Source: Amoebophrya sp. A120 (taxonomy: Eukaryota > Protista > Dinoflagellata). From it: a stretch of DNA of 64,000 nt. Location: the NCBI GenBank assembly GCA_905178155.1, contig CAJINV010000002.1, positions 7,160,743-7,224,742 on the forward strand, written 5' to 3'. The notes below the pieces were generated by a model. That model did not search any database and was not told the origin of the DNA. It saw nothing but the letters and a program-made list of their open reading frames with translations. Within the stretch, counting starts at the first letter, position 1; the number at the start of each line of letters is the position of its first letter. Both the position numbers and the translations under genes were made by a program. Positions 61,801 to 64,000 of this stretch are shown piece after piece.

Positions 61801-64000
61801 CGGAAAAGGTATCAGGGGACGTTGGTACAGCTCCCGGCTGTAGTGGACGAGAAGGCGGAAGTGATGAAGATCAAGTTCGGATGCAGTATCGACGAAAAAA
61901 CGATGGAGATCAAAGACCTCGAGGGCAAGCCGAAAACATTCGCGAGCGTGTACAAATTGGAGAAAACGGACACGATTTTGTTTATCGACCAGGATTTTCT
62001 CCTCGCGTCGCCGGCGAAATTGGAGAAGTACTTGACTGGTGGGTTGAAAAAGGGATCGCAGGTTTTGGTATGTAGAAAGAAAAAGCCGCCGAAGGTGGAG
62101 GGCGGGAACTACCTTGGATTTTCGCCTCACTTGAAGAAGTATTTCGAAGCGAATGTGAAGAGACCCATTGGGTCCGAGCTGTGGGAAAAGTTCGCACTGG
62201 AGTCCGGCGTCATTTCTGAAAGTCGTCCCGAAGGAGATGCAGCAGCATCGAGAGCAGTGGCCGCCAAAACAGATCTTCCGGAGAAGAAAAAAGAACCTAT
62301 GGATGAAAGATCAATAAAAAAGGAGGAGGACACGCCGCCCAGAGCTTCTGCTGCGAAAAAAACTTCCGAGGACGCGAGTCAGAAGAAGCAAGACGGCGCT
62401 GCTAGTACGACGGAAAATCAACAAGCCGCCACTTGTGCCGCAATAGTCACCGCGAGACGACAGGGTCGACAAACTGGCGTCGCTCTCAGCAAAACTCCGG
62501 ACACGAGTGAGCAAGACCGCCACCTCTTTCTGCAACAGCAAATGGCGTTACGAAAGGCGGCGAAAGCCAAACGCTTATCCTCCCGTCTGATCGATTCGGA
62601 ATCCGCGGAAGCTTTTGAGCGGAGGCGGAAGCGACAGCGGAGGTTGCAGCGGATGTTTTTGGAACAACACGAAGTTCAGAATAGCGAATCTCTCGGGACC
62701 AAATTCCTCGCTGGGTTGAGTTCTCTCTTCGGAGTAGGAGAGACTGAGCACCAGCAACAGCCTACATTCAAGACATTAGAGCAAGCGAAGGCACTTGCCA
62801 AATCCAAAGACAAAGCAGAACGGCACAAACACCACACCCATCTGCAGTTCGGGCAGAACCAAGAATCCAGGGACCCCCTGGTGTTGGACGACAAGGGCTT
62901 CATCCTGGAACCTCCCGCCGGAAACCCGGAGCCGGTGCGCGTGTTGCCGCATTTGCTTTCCGAGGAGATGGCGTATTTGAAAATCGTGCTCGAGTGGATT
63001 GAATTGATCAAACAAACCACGATAAAACCCAGTAGCACTTTCAGCTTCAACGTCGGAGGATCTTCATCCGCGACGGCTTCATCCCTCAGCGACTACACGA
63101 TCCCAAGACCCACCGCAGCGACCATGCTGGCGAATTTTGGCAGCTCCCTTCTGAACACCATCACGGGGCGCGAGGATTTGTCGCAGCACGAGGGTGTCAG
63201 TGCGAAATTCCTCGAGTTGGAGAAGATGAGCGACGTCGCGCTTGAAAAAAGATTGCAGCGAAATGTGGAGGAGAATGCAGATTTGGTTGGGGACACAGGA
63301 AGAGGTCAAAATGCAGAAGATAATCGGTTCGATGGTGTCACAACTTCTTCATCCACGTTCTCCACAAACTTTGCACTTTTGCAGAAGAAGTTTTTCCCTG
63401 AGTACGTGGAGTACACTAAGCGCATCGCGATGCAGAAGTACTTGCGGCTGGCGAAGATCCGCACCCAGTATTTGTCCACCCTCTCCTACACCTGTCGCAA
63501 CACGATTTCCCACGAATTTGCGCTCGATGTTGAAGTTCATTTTCCGGAAACTGCGGAACTGGTGGAGATACAAACGCGGAAAAGGGTTTTGTCCGCATTG
63601 AAACTGATGGAAATCGAGTCCCACAACAGCCACTTGGCAACAGAATCTGCGCACCAGGCTGCAGTTGCACACGAAGAAGTTGCAGTCGACAATGAAGATG
63701 AAAATGGCGGAGAAGCAGGTGGAAAAGCCAAGCCCACCATCACGGCGTTTGCGATCGGCCTGCAATTGACCCGGATCAACGAAAAGGGAGAGCTAATCGA
63801 CCCGGTGCAGCGCCGGCGTAGATTCGTGAAGAAGCGGTGGAAGAAAGCGTTTAAGAAGGTGGTCCTTCTACTGAAAGTCACCACCCAGTTCCGTTCCCTG
63901 ATCCCAGTGTATGGTAAGCGCTCAACTGCTTTCCGGGTGAAGCAGCTGAGTCAGTTTCTGATGAAGAGCAGAGGTTTCATCGAGGATTTCTCCATGGGAG
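43840..64000 (+). CDS. Giant coiled-coil protein with four PDZ-like repeat modules; >5,800 aa, 3' end outside the window
   Basis: Fourteen exons join in one frame after removing 12 TIR elements (+5 nt each) and GT-AG intron 45676-45888. The last exon (from 59327) appears open to the window edge and is absent from the ORF track. Confidence 0.8.
44899..44994. mobile_element. TIR introner, family E (96 bp)
   Basis: TATCCACAAAAAAAC...CCCATCCA pairs with TGGATGGGG...TTTTTTTGTGGATA; flanks GTGAG/GTAAG. Confidence 0.9.
45307..45568. mobile_element. Highly degenerate TIR introner (262 bp)
   Basis: Only TATCC...GGATA retained; element+5 restores ENRKL|xGEKVEV. Confidence 0.55.
46401..46584. mobile_element. 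TIR introner, family A (degenerate, 184 bp)
   Basis: TATCCACTGCAACAG...GATGCTTTTGCAATGCATA; flanks ATGAG/ATAAG. Confidence 0.82.
46721..46983. mobile_element. TIR introner, family B (263 bp), inverted relative to the 21603 copy
   Basis: TATCAAATGTAAAAATGTCTGGGTCTGGAAG...CTTCCAGACCCAGACACTTTTACATTTGATA; flanks GCGGG/GCGGA. Confidence 0.93.
47855..48004. mobile_element. TIR introner, family A (150 bp)
   Basis: TATGCATTGCAAAAGTATCGTA...TACGATACTTTTGCACAGGATA; perfect direct repeat CCTCG. Confidence 0.93.
48042..48305. mobile_element. TIR introner, family B (264 bp)
   Basis: TATCGACTGTAAAAATGTCTGGGTCTGGAA...TTCCAGACCCAGACACTTTTGCAATCCATA; flanks GGAGA/GGAAA. Confidence 0.9.
49105..49254. mobile_element. 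TIR introner, family A (150 bp)
   Basis: TATGCATTGCAAAAG...CTTTTGCAATGCATA; flanks ATGAG/CTGAG; gives NEM|RWED. Confidence 0.9.
49664..49772. mobile_element. TIR introner, family E (109 bp), inverted relative to the 44899 copy
   Basis: TATCCACAGAAAAACACCCATCCACATCCA...TGGATGTGGATGGGTTTTTTTCTGTGGATA; perfect direct repeat CAAGT. Confidence 0.93.
51187..51355. mobile_element. TIR introner, family A (degenerate, 169 bp)
   Basis: TATCCTGTGCAAAACTACCATACTT...AAGTATGACACTTTTGCCATGCATA; flanks AGACG/GCACT; gives QDKT|LPAEE. Confidence 0.8.
51471..51750. mobile_element. TIR introner, family D (280 bp)
   Basis: TATCCTATTTAAAAATGTCCCTACCCCATAG...CTATGGTGTGGGGACGTTTTTACTCAGGATA; flanks GTACA/CTACA. 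Confidence 0.92.
58781..59088. mobile_element. TIR introner, family C (308 bp), inverted relative to the 32263 copy
   Basis: TATGGAAGCGTCAGGATTGAAATCG...CGATTTCAACTCTGACACATCCATA; perfect direct repeat GGAAC; removal gives NGE|RVTTIAQ as in the sister repeats. Confidence 0.95.
59172..59321. mobile_element. TIR introner, family A (150 bp)
   Basis: TACGTATTGCAAAAGTATCGTACTAGTAG...CTACGAGTACGATACTTTTGCACAGGATA; perfect direct repeat GAAGC. Confidence 0.93.

Larger units (their letters stand above)
57520..62190 (+). repeat. Four copies of an approximately 260-aa protein module with PDZ-like motifs
   Basis: FLYG.LAASLS...Y.DFGISGWQQ.SIDE.VL.D...KLFG..LDW..FPIV.V...RA..G.I..GD.LLL.NGER.TT.AQ recurs near 57520, 58490, 60210 and 61400. 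Confidence 0.85.

Noticed and set aside
1-64000. Autonomous transposase, tRNA/rRNA genes or dinoflagellate spliced-leader relics
   Set aside because: No DDE/RT-like ORF, structured RNA gene or CCGTAGCCATTTTGGCTCAAG-like sequence recognised by eye.

Overview
Eukaryotic genomic DNA, most consistent with a parasitic alveolate such as the syndinian dinoflagellate Amoebophrya (inferred from gene architecture, not from a database match). About nine protein-coding genes, all on the + strand: a hugely expanded SLC35/TPT-like transporter, an acidic hypothetical protein, a large protein with a tropomodulin-like LRR C-terminus, NAP1, a small hypothetical protein, an INCENP IN-box protein, a three-repeat membrane protein, an intronless GH55-GH16 beta-1,3-glucanase fusion, and a >5,800 aa coiled-coil/PDZ-like protein running off the right edge. 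The dominant signal is 32 small (96-363 bp) elements inserted in coding sequence. They have terminal inverted repeats (almost all TAT...ATA) and 5-bp direct repeats, and fall into at least six families. Removing the element plus exactly 5 nt restores the reading frame, so they behave as mostly non-GT-AG introns (introners). Members of one family occur in both orientations, and several families share an internal TTGT(C/A/G)ATGC motif. All splicing is inferred from DNA only.
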